A DNA stretch of 64,000 nt from Phoronis australis (Eukaryota; Animalia; Phoronida). The notes under the pieces were generated by a model that worked only from the letters and a program-made list of their open reading frames with translations, was not told the DNA's origin and made no database searches. The translations under genes were made by a program, and so were the position numbers. Positions within the stretch are counted from its first letter, which is position 1, and every line of letters starts with the position of its first letter. Positions 1 through 13,200 of this stretch are shown here, one piece after another. Where the stretch lies: contig NMRA01001047.1 of the NCBI GenBank assembly GCA_002633005.1, positions 173 to 64,172 on the forward strand, in the 5' to 3' direction.

Positions 1-670
1 TGAAACCACCATGTTATTACTGACAATGGAGAATATTTACTGTCAGTTACTTTTATTATTATCATCACCATTATTATTATTACTATATTATCATCATCAT
101 TATTAATGCTGTCAGAGGTTTAATTATGTTATTTGTATACCTATCTACGTCAAGTTTTGAGTACAGACTTGTATTTAAGCAGTCCCGTGGGACTCGTATG
201 CGTCACGGACGTAGAGAACTAAAATTAAATCGTAGTCATAATCAACTGCACCAAAAGCAAATTAACAAAGCCAAAAATATCAAAAACGGTGATTTCTGTG
301 GAGTAAAGAACAAGCATTTTTGTTGCATGGTTTAAAACCCGCCCTTCAATGTATTACATGAAGCTAGTACACACAACAAGCCAGCAAAAAATGAAGGCCA
401 TAATCATTAAAGCTGTTATAAGCTCATTTTCCGTCAAAAAATTATGATTTAGACAGTTATGAGACATTGATCTCGGCTTGTTCCTGGCTTTCTTCATGGT
501 TTGGAGAAAACTGACACCGGCCTCAACAAACTTGCTTGTCAAGGCGAGCGAGCCTATTTTTTGCACCGACCATGGTGTCCAGCAATAACAATTCTTTCCG
601 TGGCTAGAAACCACTTCTCATATGAGCAAGGAACTGGTTGACACCGATATAGTGATAAAGTGGTCTCAAT

Positions 671-770
671 CAAGCTTGACCAATATCATTCAAGCTTAAC
701 CAATATTATTCAAGCTTGGTGAATAGTATTAAAGCTTGACCAGTACTATTCAAGTTAACCAATATTGAAG
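671..770 (+). repeat. Diverged 20-bp tandem repeat (~5 copies)
   Basis: caagcttgaccaatatcatt-like units at 671, 691, 711, 731 and 751. Confidence 0.8.
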
Positions 771-1256
771 CTTTTTGGGCCTACCTTAATCAAAGTTCCA
801 CACTACGCTCCAATAACCTTGCTAGCAATGTGTGCAAATGTCTCAATTTTAGCACACTTGAATGTAGCACACGAGCTACACTGTCACACATGAACAGGCC
901 ATGGGAATTTTTTCGAACACCAGTTGATAAGAAAACAAGTCTTGATTGGTGACGAAATTCGCTACAGATAATCAACTAGTAATAAATTATCTTACTGGTA
1001 GGCAGTCTTCCTCAACCTTGCACAGCATAGGTTACCAAGAGCCATGATTTTTTAAGCTCCCAATACACTGTTGAAAAAGGCGAGTTGCCCAACAAGCTTA
1101 GTCAAGATTTTTTTGACAAGCCTGATTCACGTCACTCTTCAGCAGCTAACCCAGCACTTGTTAGTAAGGACGCATCGAAATTCAAGCTCGAAGAAAAATG
1201 TCGAACAAGCTTAGTCAAACTTAGCTACGCATTAATGCCCTGTATGACCTACTGAC

Positions 1257-4200
1257 CTAGTTTTTCCTCAATGTTCCTCATTTGCTCCTCGCTCTCTTGA
1301 CATTCCCGTTGTTTCTCCCTCATCTCTGGGTCGTTCTGGCTCTGCATGTGTTCGTCCAGCTCTAACTTGGAGTTTTGCTGCTTGACGAGAGCCGCTCGAA
1401 ATGCCTGCAATGTGTCTGCAACAGAGGAAACGCAATGCTGTCTAAAGGGACCTATTCAGCGATACGACAATCTAAAACTGGGGAAAGCGTAGAAAACATA
1501 AGCTTGCAAACACATTCCACAAAAACTCAAAAGTTACAGTGCCAAAAGTAATAAATATAACACGTGTAGAAACATAAAATTCAACCTATAGATAACCCAG
1601 ACTGACACAATCACCAAAACAGTTATACCTCTCACTACACTAACTGGAACAGCTCAATAAACTACAACACTAAACGTTTCCAACAAGTTGAGCATTTTAG
1701 TACACCAAACACAAAGTTACATTAACTTAATCAAAAAATTTAAAAAAAGCAAATCAACACATTGATAAATGACTAAAATGGTCAAGTTCTGCCTCAGAAT
1801 AGAAACTTTTCGTTGCCACATTGGTCTCTTAGCTTACCAATCTGAGTGCAGACAGCATGATACGTTTTGGGCAGAGGCTCGCTGAAGACAACCCCTCTCA
1901 GCTTCTCCAGCGGAACAGCTTTGTTCATGAAGCCGCCAAACTTGCCGTTACTCCGAATACGGTCACCGGTACGTGTCAGGATGGTGGGGCAGTAGCAGAA
2001 CTTGACCACNCCAGGTAATGAATGACAACACACTCGAGTTGACTACATGGCAAGAGAGGAGGGTGGTCAGGTTTGATGGGAGGGATATGGCTTTTGGGGG
2101 TAGAGAGCAGACGAGCGAGGGAGGAAGGCCACACAAAAAGGATATAAAAGGAGGCTGATGGACATAGGTACAGAGAGGGAGATAGACAGGCAGGAGTGAG
2201 TAGGAAGAGAATTTGTGAAGATGACAAATATTTTGCCTAATTCAATCTCTTTGGAAGATAACCACAGAACATTAACATGTTACCAAATACAACACTTTAC
2301 AATAAGTTATCAGTACAGTAGAACAGTATTACAATGGACCTGATCCATAACGTTAGCATGTTTATAACAGTTCATTCCACAATCTGCAGTTAAGTGTATT
2401 GTATGCAATTTGATTTGGTTACAATAGACTTCACTATCAACAAACATTTCAGAAAGGTGCTGGTTCATAGTAACACCAAGGTGCTGGTTCATTGTAACTG
2501 TCACCGTTTCACTATTCATGATGACCAGAATTACTTAAACACTGACGATGAATATTTTGGCACTCGTTGGATTACTCATCCTCAAAATATGGCCGAACAT
2601 CAACGCTATCACGATCATAATTTCTAATATGGTAAAGTTCCTTAAATTCAACAAAAACTAATGGCCAAAATTGGTAATTTTTTGAGTTTTCAAATGCTCA
2701 CCGTATCGCCAAAAATGTTCAAAATTTCACCGTGTGTTCATTGATGACAGCTGTACTATATGAAGTTTTCAAATAATCAAGTAAATTAGTCTTGTAAACT
2801 GTTCTTGAAATTTTTGATAAAATGTAAATGTTACTGTACCGCTATAATGTGTTCTAATTTAAAGAAACTTTTCCGTATTTGTTACACACAATACCACACA
2901 ATACTACACATGCAGCAGTAGCGGTGCACTACATACCGGTACGACATGCATCCTGGTGCTGGGGAAAACTGAGAAGCTGTCGAGCATAGACCGGATTTCC
3001 AGCTGGTTTCCACATACCTCTGTACCTGACGTGGGGGAGGGGCCTGGAAAGGTTTGGAGCAAATGAAAGAGTATGCGGTAAGAACAGGACGATTAGTTGA
3101 TGCAAATATTCAAAAAGGTATCGACGTTCACAAAGAGAACGAGACGAGTTCGACAAAAGACGATTACCTACGAGCGACTAAGACATCTATATTAGCTGGC
3201 ATATAGCTTTGGTCTTACTTCAAAATTTACGGAGAATAGGAAGTCTAAATTGATATCCCAGAGCACAAATGCATCACAACAGCCGTAATTATCACTGTTC
3301 ATCTTCATACTTTTATTCCACACGAGCTAGGACAAGAAATGTTTAGTCCATTGCTCAAAACCATCCGCTTGTTCAATGAAAGATCTCAACGCATATCCCT
3401 AACATTACATTTTCTTCTACTGCGGTACAATAACAGGTCATACAGTCTGTCACTAAGTTGGTAAAAAAATGGCATGAAATGGGCCCACACAACATAAACT
3501 GATAGTTGCAGAGTCATTATAAACCAAAGAAGATTTTTTCTTTATGTAAACATACCTTACTCTCGAAGTCGCCATTTCAGAAGTAAGCCTCTTTTTAGGT
3601 ATCAAAAACAACGCATTTGAGACATAAATATAACAAGGTACGTAAAAAAAATCACGCTTTGCACTGTGATTAAGCGCAGGATGCATTGAAAACTGGCTCA
3701 CTTTTAAAATGTTGACTGGGTGAATATGTATACATTACAGAATGAATATAAAGATTCACACGCCGTGTACTTGATAGTGTTTATAACTGTAAGATAATTT
3801 AGTCGGAACGGCTTACGATGTACTTATACAAGTTGTTTCACTATGTACAAGTGGTCTCGATAGCTCAGTAGACTAGAGCATTCGCACGGTCAGCAGGAAG
3901 TCTCGGGTTCAAATCCCAGTCGGGGCAGAGATCTTTTCACACTTAACTTCATGTCACGTGAAGTGACCAAAAGGTGGCATGTATTAGACTAATAATTCTT
4001 ACTTATATATGCATTACACCATCAACTTACTTGGTGTTCCAGTCGTCAATGGTGATGGATTTCTTGAAGACAGAATCCAGGGGAAGGACTTGCTGCTTAC
4101 CACCAGACTGTTGGTAGATGTCTTTAGCCTAGGTGTTGAGATCAGCCAATGAGACATGGTACAGCCATCAAGTCGGCCAATGACAAGTCACATAATCAAC

Positions 4201-7200
4201 CAGAGTGGACACATATTAGCCTGGGTGTCGATATCAGCCAATGAGACATGGTACAGCCATCAAGTCGACCAATGACAAGTCATATAATCAACCGGTGCGA
4301 ACACGGACACTAACTAGAGAAAACGAGACACTTTACTCCTGAATGGTCTATGAAAACTCAGAAAGAGACGACGATTCAAAGATCAATGGTGACAAAAGTT
4401 AATGGAAACAAGTGGTAATAGCAATGCATTCACACATGAGAATGCACATTGCAAAAATGTTTCTAAAATGAGAAATTCAAACAATAAAAAATAAGTTTAA
4501 AGAGGCCACAAAAACACCTGACAAAACTCTTGCCTTGAACCATTTACCATTACAAAGCAACTTTTCTGGACTTCTTCCTTTAGTAATCGACTACAAATAA
4601 TTCTCGAGCTTAGAAAAAATTGACGCTTTGTTGTTGCATACGATGAGGTTCAGCAATGTGACCTGACCCAGCTGGTCATTTCATGCGATGAACCTGGCCG
4701 CACGCAGTAACTGTCAGTTCTTCCCAAACCTGGGACTATAATACAAGCAACGAATTCGTGGAAGCCAGTTTTATTATGGTTATCGGTTTCCAAACTGACG
4801 AAACATCAAAAGTTGAAAGCTTTTTGACACAAGGCGGCTTCACAGCATCTTTGTCTCACATATGAGCAACAACAACACAACAACAAAAATCTTAAGACAT
4901 CACCAGTACTTTCCCAGTGACAAACTAGCGAGGGGTAAGGGTTAGTTACCTTTTTAGTGGAAGTGGTGACGACACAGTCCATGTCAGCGGACATATGCCA
5001 TGACAGAACACGGGCAATGTCATGATCTTCAACAAATGCCAGGTGGCAAATCTGGAAAATTGAAATCTTGTGTCATGATTCCTTTGAAGGTGTACAAGTC
5101 ATTATATCTCTCAAGTAAGACTTACATGGCAGTAATGATTTTGCTTGTGTCGGTCTATCAGTCTGTCTGAAAATAGATCCTTACATGTGGTTATCCAAAC
5201 TTTTTTTGGAAATGACGGACAAGGGACAGGAATTAACTGATTATATTTTGAGTACGATTCTATGCGTCATAGATATCTTACGGACACTATTCTACAAACT
5301 TCATGTGCAAAGGACGTGAACTAAACAGAAAAAAATTTAAGATGTTGATGATCGCATTCAAGCAGAACTAAACTCTTTAAGGGGACGCCATGCCATGGGA
5401 AATGTTGGTGCACTAAAAGTGTTTCCAACTTATTCCATGTTACAATTCGTCTGTTATGCACATTTTACATTTAATACCTGGCACAAATAAGTCTGATAAC
5501 ACTCTATATAGTAATCCAAACTATAACTCCATTAAACACTTGTGTAAATACCTGCCAGGTGTTTAAGATGTACTTTAGTAACTAGAATAAACAATGCCTC
5601 ACCTTCCCTATAACATCACTGTCCTTAGGCGCATGCGCCAGACCACACAGACGACGGGGCATGTTCAATATACCATCTCTTTCCTTCACACGTGTCTGTA
5701 CCAGCTTGTCAACACCAGTCATCTGCAAGGTCACATCAAAACATTTTCCCTCGAAATTGGTACATTCAAAAGTAAATCACAGGTAAAATTATTGGACTAA
5801 CTGAATACCGTTCTTTTAACTCACAGACTGTAGTTTGACAGCCTTGTCCCATACACAAGACGTGAAACCTTAAAGCCCCACGTGGAGGTCAGCCCCACCT
5901 GGTGGTCAGCCCCACCTGGTGGTCAGCCCCACCTGGTGGTCAGACCATCAACCATCAGGGTGTGATGCTGACACAACATCTCTAATGGGAGTCACTAAAG
6001 TCCTAGTATTTCATTCGATTTGATACCCTAATGTTTTTTTGCTAATATTTCACTGTTACTCGCACAAGGTCAATCAGCAACACATTCAAGTTTTTGAAAA
6101 AAATATTTTGAGAGAAAAGCAACAGCAAATCCATTAATAAAGAGCAATTAGAAATCGAATATCATAATAGGACGCTACATCAATGGACGAACATTGTAGA
6201 AGACTACTCTACAAAGAGAACAGCAAACGAAAAAACAGGAAAAAATAAGAACTGAAGTGAGAAACATTTACACGGTAACCATGGGTGATCAATTACCATC
6301 ACTGCAACGTTGCAATACCAATAGCATGATCCAACTGCATGGATGGTATAAATATCTAAAGTCATTTTTGTTATGTGCTAGCCAAACTAACAAACACCTC
6401 AGCATTTTTGTTTCACTGAGACAGATACAGAATGACCTGTCCAGGCCATTTACTCAACTCACACAATGAGTAGCACACTAATAGTAAACTTGACTACTGC
6501 GCAGATCTGATTTGCTTCAACACACGACACAGCACAGCACAGCACAGCACAGCACAGCACAGCACAGTACAGCACAACAGAGCACAGCACAGCACAGCAC
6601 AGCACAACAGAGCACAGCACAGCACAGCACAGCACAGCACAACAGAGCACAACAGAGCACAGCACAGCACAGCACAAGTTGGTAACAGTACTTCAGTCTA
6701 ACACTTACATCACCAATTTGATTCAACTGTACATTCTGTTTCTTCAATTCATTCTTAAGCCTGGTCACTTCTGTGTTGGATTCATGCACAGACACTGCAG
6801 AGATCAATAAGAAAACATCTGAGCCGTTGTTTCACAATAATTTCATGAAAATATTAAAGCTGGCGCTACACAATTGTGACAATCAGATGTAAATGTGACT
6901 GTATTGTGAAAATGATGAGTTTTTACAAGTGTCCCATAGGCAACTATAACTGGCTCCACGTTATAGCAATCACCTACAGGGAAATGTCTGGAATGACCCA
7001 GAATTGTGAAAAGAGCAACGAGGGGGGAGGGGGGGATATGTTCCCACAATGATGCACCCAAAACAGTTATGCAGGATCCTCATTGCTTTATTGAGACAGA
7101 ATTAATAAATTAGAGATTTTTTCCTTACCCATCATCTAAATTGCAGATTACAAACCAGTTGTCTGAGTCACACAAAACATGTCTGGAACTTAGACAAAGA

Positions 7201-10200
7201 TACCCATACCGAAACAGACATTCATGCAAATAGCATATTGAACTTAAAAAACTAATAACCTTAAACAGGGTGTACCAACCCTCCAACAATATATCAATTG
7301 CGGGTTATGTACATTTTCATTTTGATGGCAGAAACCAACTGTAGCCACAGCAAGGAGACCAGGTTGTCAGAACTAATAATTAACCTATTCCATAAACAGT
7401 TCAAGAGCTTAAAATATGTACAAACAAAATTTAGCAATTATCAGAATGTGAACAAAATCCAACGGTATTGTATTTTCATATAATCTCAATTGACACTCAA
7501 CATTTCCATAACTGAGTTGAAATACATAGCCACAATGCACTACAAGCCTGTCTATTTACTTAAGAGCCTGAAGTTAACTTACCTTTTAGTTCATCAATCA
7601 ACATTTGCGTCGTCTCAAACAAGTTCTTGTACGTCCTGATGGCTTTCTTCAGGCAATCCTTCTCTTTGCACAGTGCTGCCACCTGGGCCTGTTTCTTGGC
7701 GTCTGCAGAGAGTGAAACAGAATCAGTGTTTCCACTGGAAATGGATCACAGACAATAACTAGGGCGAGTGTGCCCACTTTCTTCACTCTACCCACACATG
7801 ACATCCTCCAACATGGCAATTCCTCAACTATTTAGCACCCCATGCAGAGGACAACAGAAATTTTACTTTGTCAATTTTATGAAGAAAAATTTCCATTATT
7901 TGATGCAATACCACCAGCATTTGAAAAACATAAAAAAAACACAAATATGCCAATAATTTTTGGTAAATATAAGAAAAATACAACCCTCAAGCTAAATGTT
8001 CTTACAAATTACAGTTTAGACCTACTCAAATCTTAACTTAACCAGTGACTACTGACCATCTGCTATAGTCATCATTTCTACTCATATTAGGTTTTCATAT
8101 TCCACAAGTTATTTTTCTCCACACAAGACACAACTCGCAAAACAAAGGTCAAAGTTTTACATTTTTTATTTCCCATGACTTTTTCATACCTAATATCTAC
8201 TTTTTTCACTTTCCAGCCGTTCCTAGAAACCATCCAACTTGCTTCAAAAGAACCAAACGTGAGCAAATCAAAAGGGAAAGCACCAGTTTTTGATTTTACC
8301 TTAACTAAAATTTCATATTCTTGGTTATCCAAGACAGACATTTTTTGTGTTAACTAATGTTCCCCTCATCTGCTTACACTCCATGCAACAATAGAAAATG
8401 ATGTTAAACAGTCCAACAAAATGACGTTAAACAGTCCAACAAAATGACGTTAAACAGTCCAACAAAATGACGTTAAACAGTCCAACAAAATGACGTTAAA
8501 CAGTCCAACAAAATGACGTTAAACAGTCCAACAAAATGACGTTAAACAGTCCAACTAAAGGCCCACATCTTGATTCTGCATTCATCCCTATGTCAGCTAC
8601 ACAACAGACAGTGTTGGATAAAGAGTAAGTCACACATTGGGTTTGTGAGCCTGTGCATCACCCTGTATTGTTGTACGGAAGGTGTATACAAGAGTCATGG
8701 CAATTAACACAGAAAACTATGTACTCAAAATAACCAGTAGAAGTAACATTGAAAACGGTCGTCTTCCCCTTTATTTGACAGCAAATAAAATAAAAAAGAC
8801 AACTACTGTTCATGTTCATACATTATGATTACCTACGTTTCAAGTTAAGCAACAACTGTTTTCATTGGAAATATACCTCCATCTTGAATGTTTGGGGTGC
8901 CAATTGTGGGCACATATAAAAGGGAGCAAATTGGCTTACTTTTAGAAACACCAAACTTTGGTACCCTGTATGAGTTTTACTAGATGACTTTCATGAACCA
9001 GCACAGAAACAAAGGTTTTAAATTACATCAAAAACATCTGTTGAAAATATACAGAATTTACATGGGACCATTACACATGGTGAACAGGTGTCAAAGAATA
9101 GCGCAACCATTGGTTTGACATAAAAAACATGTTGCGTTTCAACAACTTGTATCTGCATTTTATTTGCAGTGATATCTTTTCCACTAAATCTTATAGCATA
9201 TATAAATGATATTGCATTATACAAGTGCATGTACAAAGAATCTCTCAATAGAAATATTCAATCAGAATGAAACGACTGGGCTCTTAAGCCTCTTCAAAGC
9301 AGGCACATCACATTTACAGTAAGCTTAATAAACTCTTTCCAAACAAAGCATCAGCTGTGTTTGACCCCAAGCAGGTCCAGTACAGGCTAGTGATCATAAA
9401 GCCTGTAAAGCCATCAATACATTGAATGGTTCAATGATTAATCATTGATTTATAAACAAAACAGTCAATAACTGACATAGACTTAAATGTGACAACACCA
9501 ACATCCACTGACAACCAGACACGTGACATTACACAGGCATTAAAGTCAACCATCCTGATGCAGTCAAGGTTATAACATTCTTTGAATTTCAATTAGATAT
9601 CACTGACAGGAAAAGATAATCCAGACTTCAAAAGATTCTGAAGAGTAACAAGACACCCCTTATCAGGACCCAGAATGGACTAATCCACTCCCAAGGCCAT
9701 TCATAATACAACAGCCTGTAAAGAGTGTGGTTAGCATGCAACTTTCAATCATTATGTACTTGTTGAGGATGTGTCTTCTCATCAACACAATCAGATCATT
9801 AGAAACAGTACAGGTAAGTGAACTTTAGAAGCGTATTCTAGATGAAACAGTAACCTTTTATTAGTTTTGTAGCTGTCTTAAAGTTATGTAAGTCCCCAGA
9901 GAAATGCGCTTTGCGATGCCATGACATCTTCACGAAAATTATTAGACACAGGAATTATTTTCATCTGTACGGGTGTACAGCCTTAGCTTATTATGGATGT
10001 AATTTACTTGTTGGAAAACATATTATAGTTTGAGTGACTTTTTGATGGAACAGTATAAAGAAAACGAAATTGAAACCAAATCCACACATAATCTTTGTAA
10101 ATCTGAATGTGGTACCACCACATAGAAACATTTTCCGATTTACAAAGATCCTGTGCAAATCAACATTCAACTGCTTCACGCTTCAGCCTCTCTTTAGCAC

Positions 10201-13200
10201 AGATGGCAGAAAAGTGAAATTTGATTGCGCCAAACTTTTCAACAAATATAAACAGAAGGAAAATCTAGTTTAATACATGAGGTGGTATGTACTGTGCAGA
10301 TGTCAGTGAAACGAGACTCGAGTATTCATCTGACACTGTTGAGTCAATATGCATTGGGTGGAATTGCATTGAGATGGACTTTGACTGTGTCAAAGTTGTC
10401 CAAAGCGAAAACAAGAAGTATGAGTCACCGTTGTTAGATACTTTGTTAGACATTGTGACAAGATAGAAAATTGATAGCCGAGACACTTATAGTAAAATCA
10501 CTGTGTTTTAATTACAAATCACAACATCGTGACTAATCACTATAGCAACAAAAGAAACACAAAAAGAAATGGCTGTATAGGGTCACGCTAATCTGTCACT
10601 GCCCACATCCAGGTTATGTTTATCACAAATCCATCACAGGGAAAAACTCATAAATCATTCAGTCTTCAGACATAAACTCCGCATTAAGAAATCATGAATA
10701 TTCCCTTGAGATCGTAGTTGCGATCAATATATTTTTTCACCTTTCCACCATACCTAATCACACACGTATTTTCAGACAATGTGAAGCAGACGTGAGTTTG
10801 GATCAAACATGAGCGACGACGTAAATCCACAAGCAGGGGACATTTCGTTCCTGAAGAACCCGCAGGCGTGGGCCGACTTTGCTGAATACAGCAACTCCAC
10901 CACCCCATCAGACCATCAAATTCGCCTCAGTGTCAAGGTCAATCCATCCAGTACGTTTCTAGAGCTCGACTTGTCACGCCGCGCACTTGATGAAATCCCC
11001 GCAGAGGTGTACAACTTCTCACGAGTTGAAGTGTTAAAAATGGGGAACAACAAGATCAAGGCAGTGGCCAATGCCATAGGTCACCTGCACCGTCTCAAGA
11101 TCTTTGACGGCCACAAGAACAAGCTGACATCACTGCCGGACACCATATTGAACTGCCACTACTTAACCGAGATCAACCTTAACCACAACCAGCTCTGCTC
11201 GCTCCCAAACAACTTTCGAGCGCTCAACAACCTCAAGGTGTTGTCCATCGCACACAACTGTTTCGAGTCATTGCCGCATGACGTAGCACACTTGGACAGC
11301 TTGAAGTCGCTCAACCTCCAGGGGAACAAACTGTGGCACCTACCGTTCAACATTCAGAACCTACGTCACCTGACGACTTTGAACATCGCCGACAATTTGT
11401 TCGAGCATGTTCCCATACCAGTGTGTAACATCAAAAATCTGGAGGTGCTCAACATCAGGGGCAACAAGCTCGTCAATGTTCCAACTGACTTTGAGAACCT
11501 CAAGTTACTGACAGAGCTGAATCTCGCCAACAACTACTTCGAGATGGTGCCATACACTATTGGCGACATGCGCAGTCTGCAATTTCTCAATATGTCGAGT
11601 AACCAACTCACCTTCCTGCCACCACGCCTCACTAGAATGCCGAAGCTTCGCACACTGCATGCACAGCACAACCAGATCGGTACCATTCCAAACTGCTTTG
11701 ATAACCTTGAGTACCTCAATATTGCCCACAATAAGCTGCGCAATTTCAGCGTGGCCAAGATGAGACGGCTCAAGTCGCTCAATGCCAGTCACAACGACTT
11801 AGAAAACCTTCCCATGGGCCTGTGTAACCTCGTACATCTGGAGCAGGCACGACTTAATAACAACCAGATACGGTTCCTCTCGCAGGACATCGTGCTGCTG
11901 CGCAACTTGCGAACACTCGACTTGTCATACAACAAGCTGTCCAGCCTGCCGCAGGTCATAGACGAACTGGATAAGCTGGAGTACTTCTGCATCAAGGGAA
12001 ACAAGATTGAGTCACGTCCTCAGGTGACGAACAATCACGCCGCGTACACGGGCGATATGATGTCTCACAGGCAGACAAATGGAGTCAACAAGCGCAAGAG
12101 TTTCTTCAACTGGACGTTTAAAACAAAAAACATTCCTGAACGAACAAGGAAACCGTTGGACACGAAAGCACGTGGACAGAAGACAGTGAAACGAGATGGT
12201 GACCAGAGATACCCTAAGCAGAAAGTCATGGATTACTTGGATGGAGCTAAACCTACAAGGACTTCCCCGAAACAGGTCAAGAAACGGGAAACAAAGAGGG
12301 GTGACACAGACAACGAGGCAAAACTGAGAACTCATATGACACCAACACCACCCCCAGAGACGATAGTAAAGCGTTCCATCACTAGTGAGGACAATTCAGC
12401 AACAGTGACATCAACGAAAGACATGGCAGTATTCGACAAAGTAAGGGTAAAATACCTCACAAAATGCTCTTCACAAAATATGTCACTAGAATTCCTGTAG
12501 AACCATTCTATTTATAATCGGACGGTACTTTCTGCTCTCGATTGTTGCACAGAACAAAAATCTGCATGGGTTAGTGTCATTTTTGAATTTTTTAATGCAG
12601 AGTAATTGTTACTTATTCCACTCTGAAATAGCCAACACCACAACTGACTTATTCTAAGCAAAATACTACATTTAGCAAAACGGTATATTGAATTTTCAGA
12701 GTCAGATAGACGAGAGCGGACAGGTGCACATGTCAGTACCCGACACTCATATAACCACAAGCACAGACTACGCTCTGATTGGTCTGTGCAACCAGGTGGA
12801 GGCCTTGCTGAATCGCGACTTACTCCAACCAATCATATCACACAAAGTCAACAGCAAACGGTCATCTATGTAAGTATGTCTTTTCTAAAACTGAACTCTC
12901 CGACTTTCCCTACTTGTTCGAATATTTTTCATGAACTTAGAATAAGATCAAAGATAGACAGTGTGAATAATTCCTAAAAAGTCAACAAATCCATTGTGAT
13001 TTGTAAAGAAATACATTACGGTTTAAGGAGTTTTCTCACTGAACATGTCTTTGCAGACCAACCGTGCCCTCGGTGTCACAAGATGCAAGCCAGCCAAAGG
13101 AGAGCACACAGGTCACAAACCACACCCCCAACCATGTGACAGGCCACTCCTCCATCCCACATACTAGCCATACCCCAAGCGACACCTCTATTCATCTCAC

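Larger units (their letters stand above)
1257..7702 (-). other. SMCHD1: SMCHD1 coiled-coil and SMC hinge exons
   Basis: [55 protein letters not shown], and the GX6GX3GG motif [12 protein letters not shown], flanked by helical segments. Confidence 0.92.

Noticed and set aside
2690-2740. [11 protein letters not shown] on the minus strand as the missing SMCHD1 LLGDTII exon
   Set aside because: It is followed immediately by a stop, and the region resembles a dispersed repeat also seen near 60580-60720.
3854-3927. Functional tRNA gene
   Set aside because: The anticodon stem does not pair properly; treated as a SINE head or pseudo-tRNA.
6459-6807. Cys-rich CCAVL ORFs suggesting a metallothionein or keratin-associated protein
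   Set aside because: They are translations of the (GCACA)n microsatellite; only 6709-6794 is a real SMCHD1 exon.
8395-8555. CRISPR-like appearance of the 23-bp repeat (and of the 46-bp repeat at 38952)
   Set aside because: Units are head to tail with no unique spacers, there are no cas genes, and the context is a eukaryotic intron.
10809-12500. Single-exon 563-aa LRR gene as given in the ORF track
   Set aside because: A donor at 12440/12441 and four downstream phase-compatible exons give a more coherent 918-aa model.
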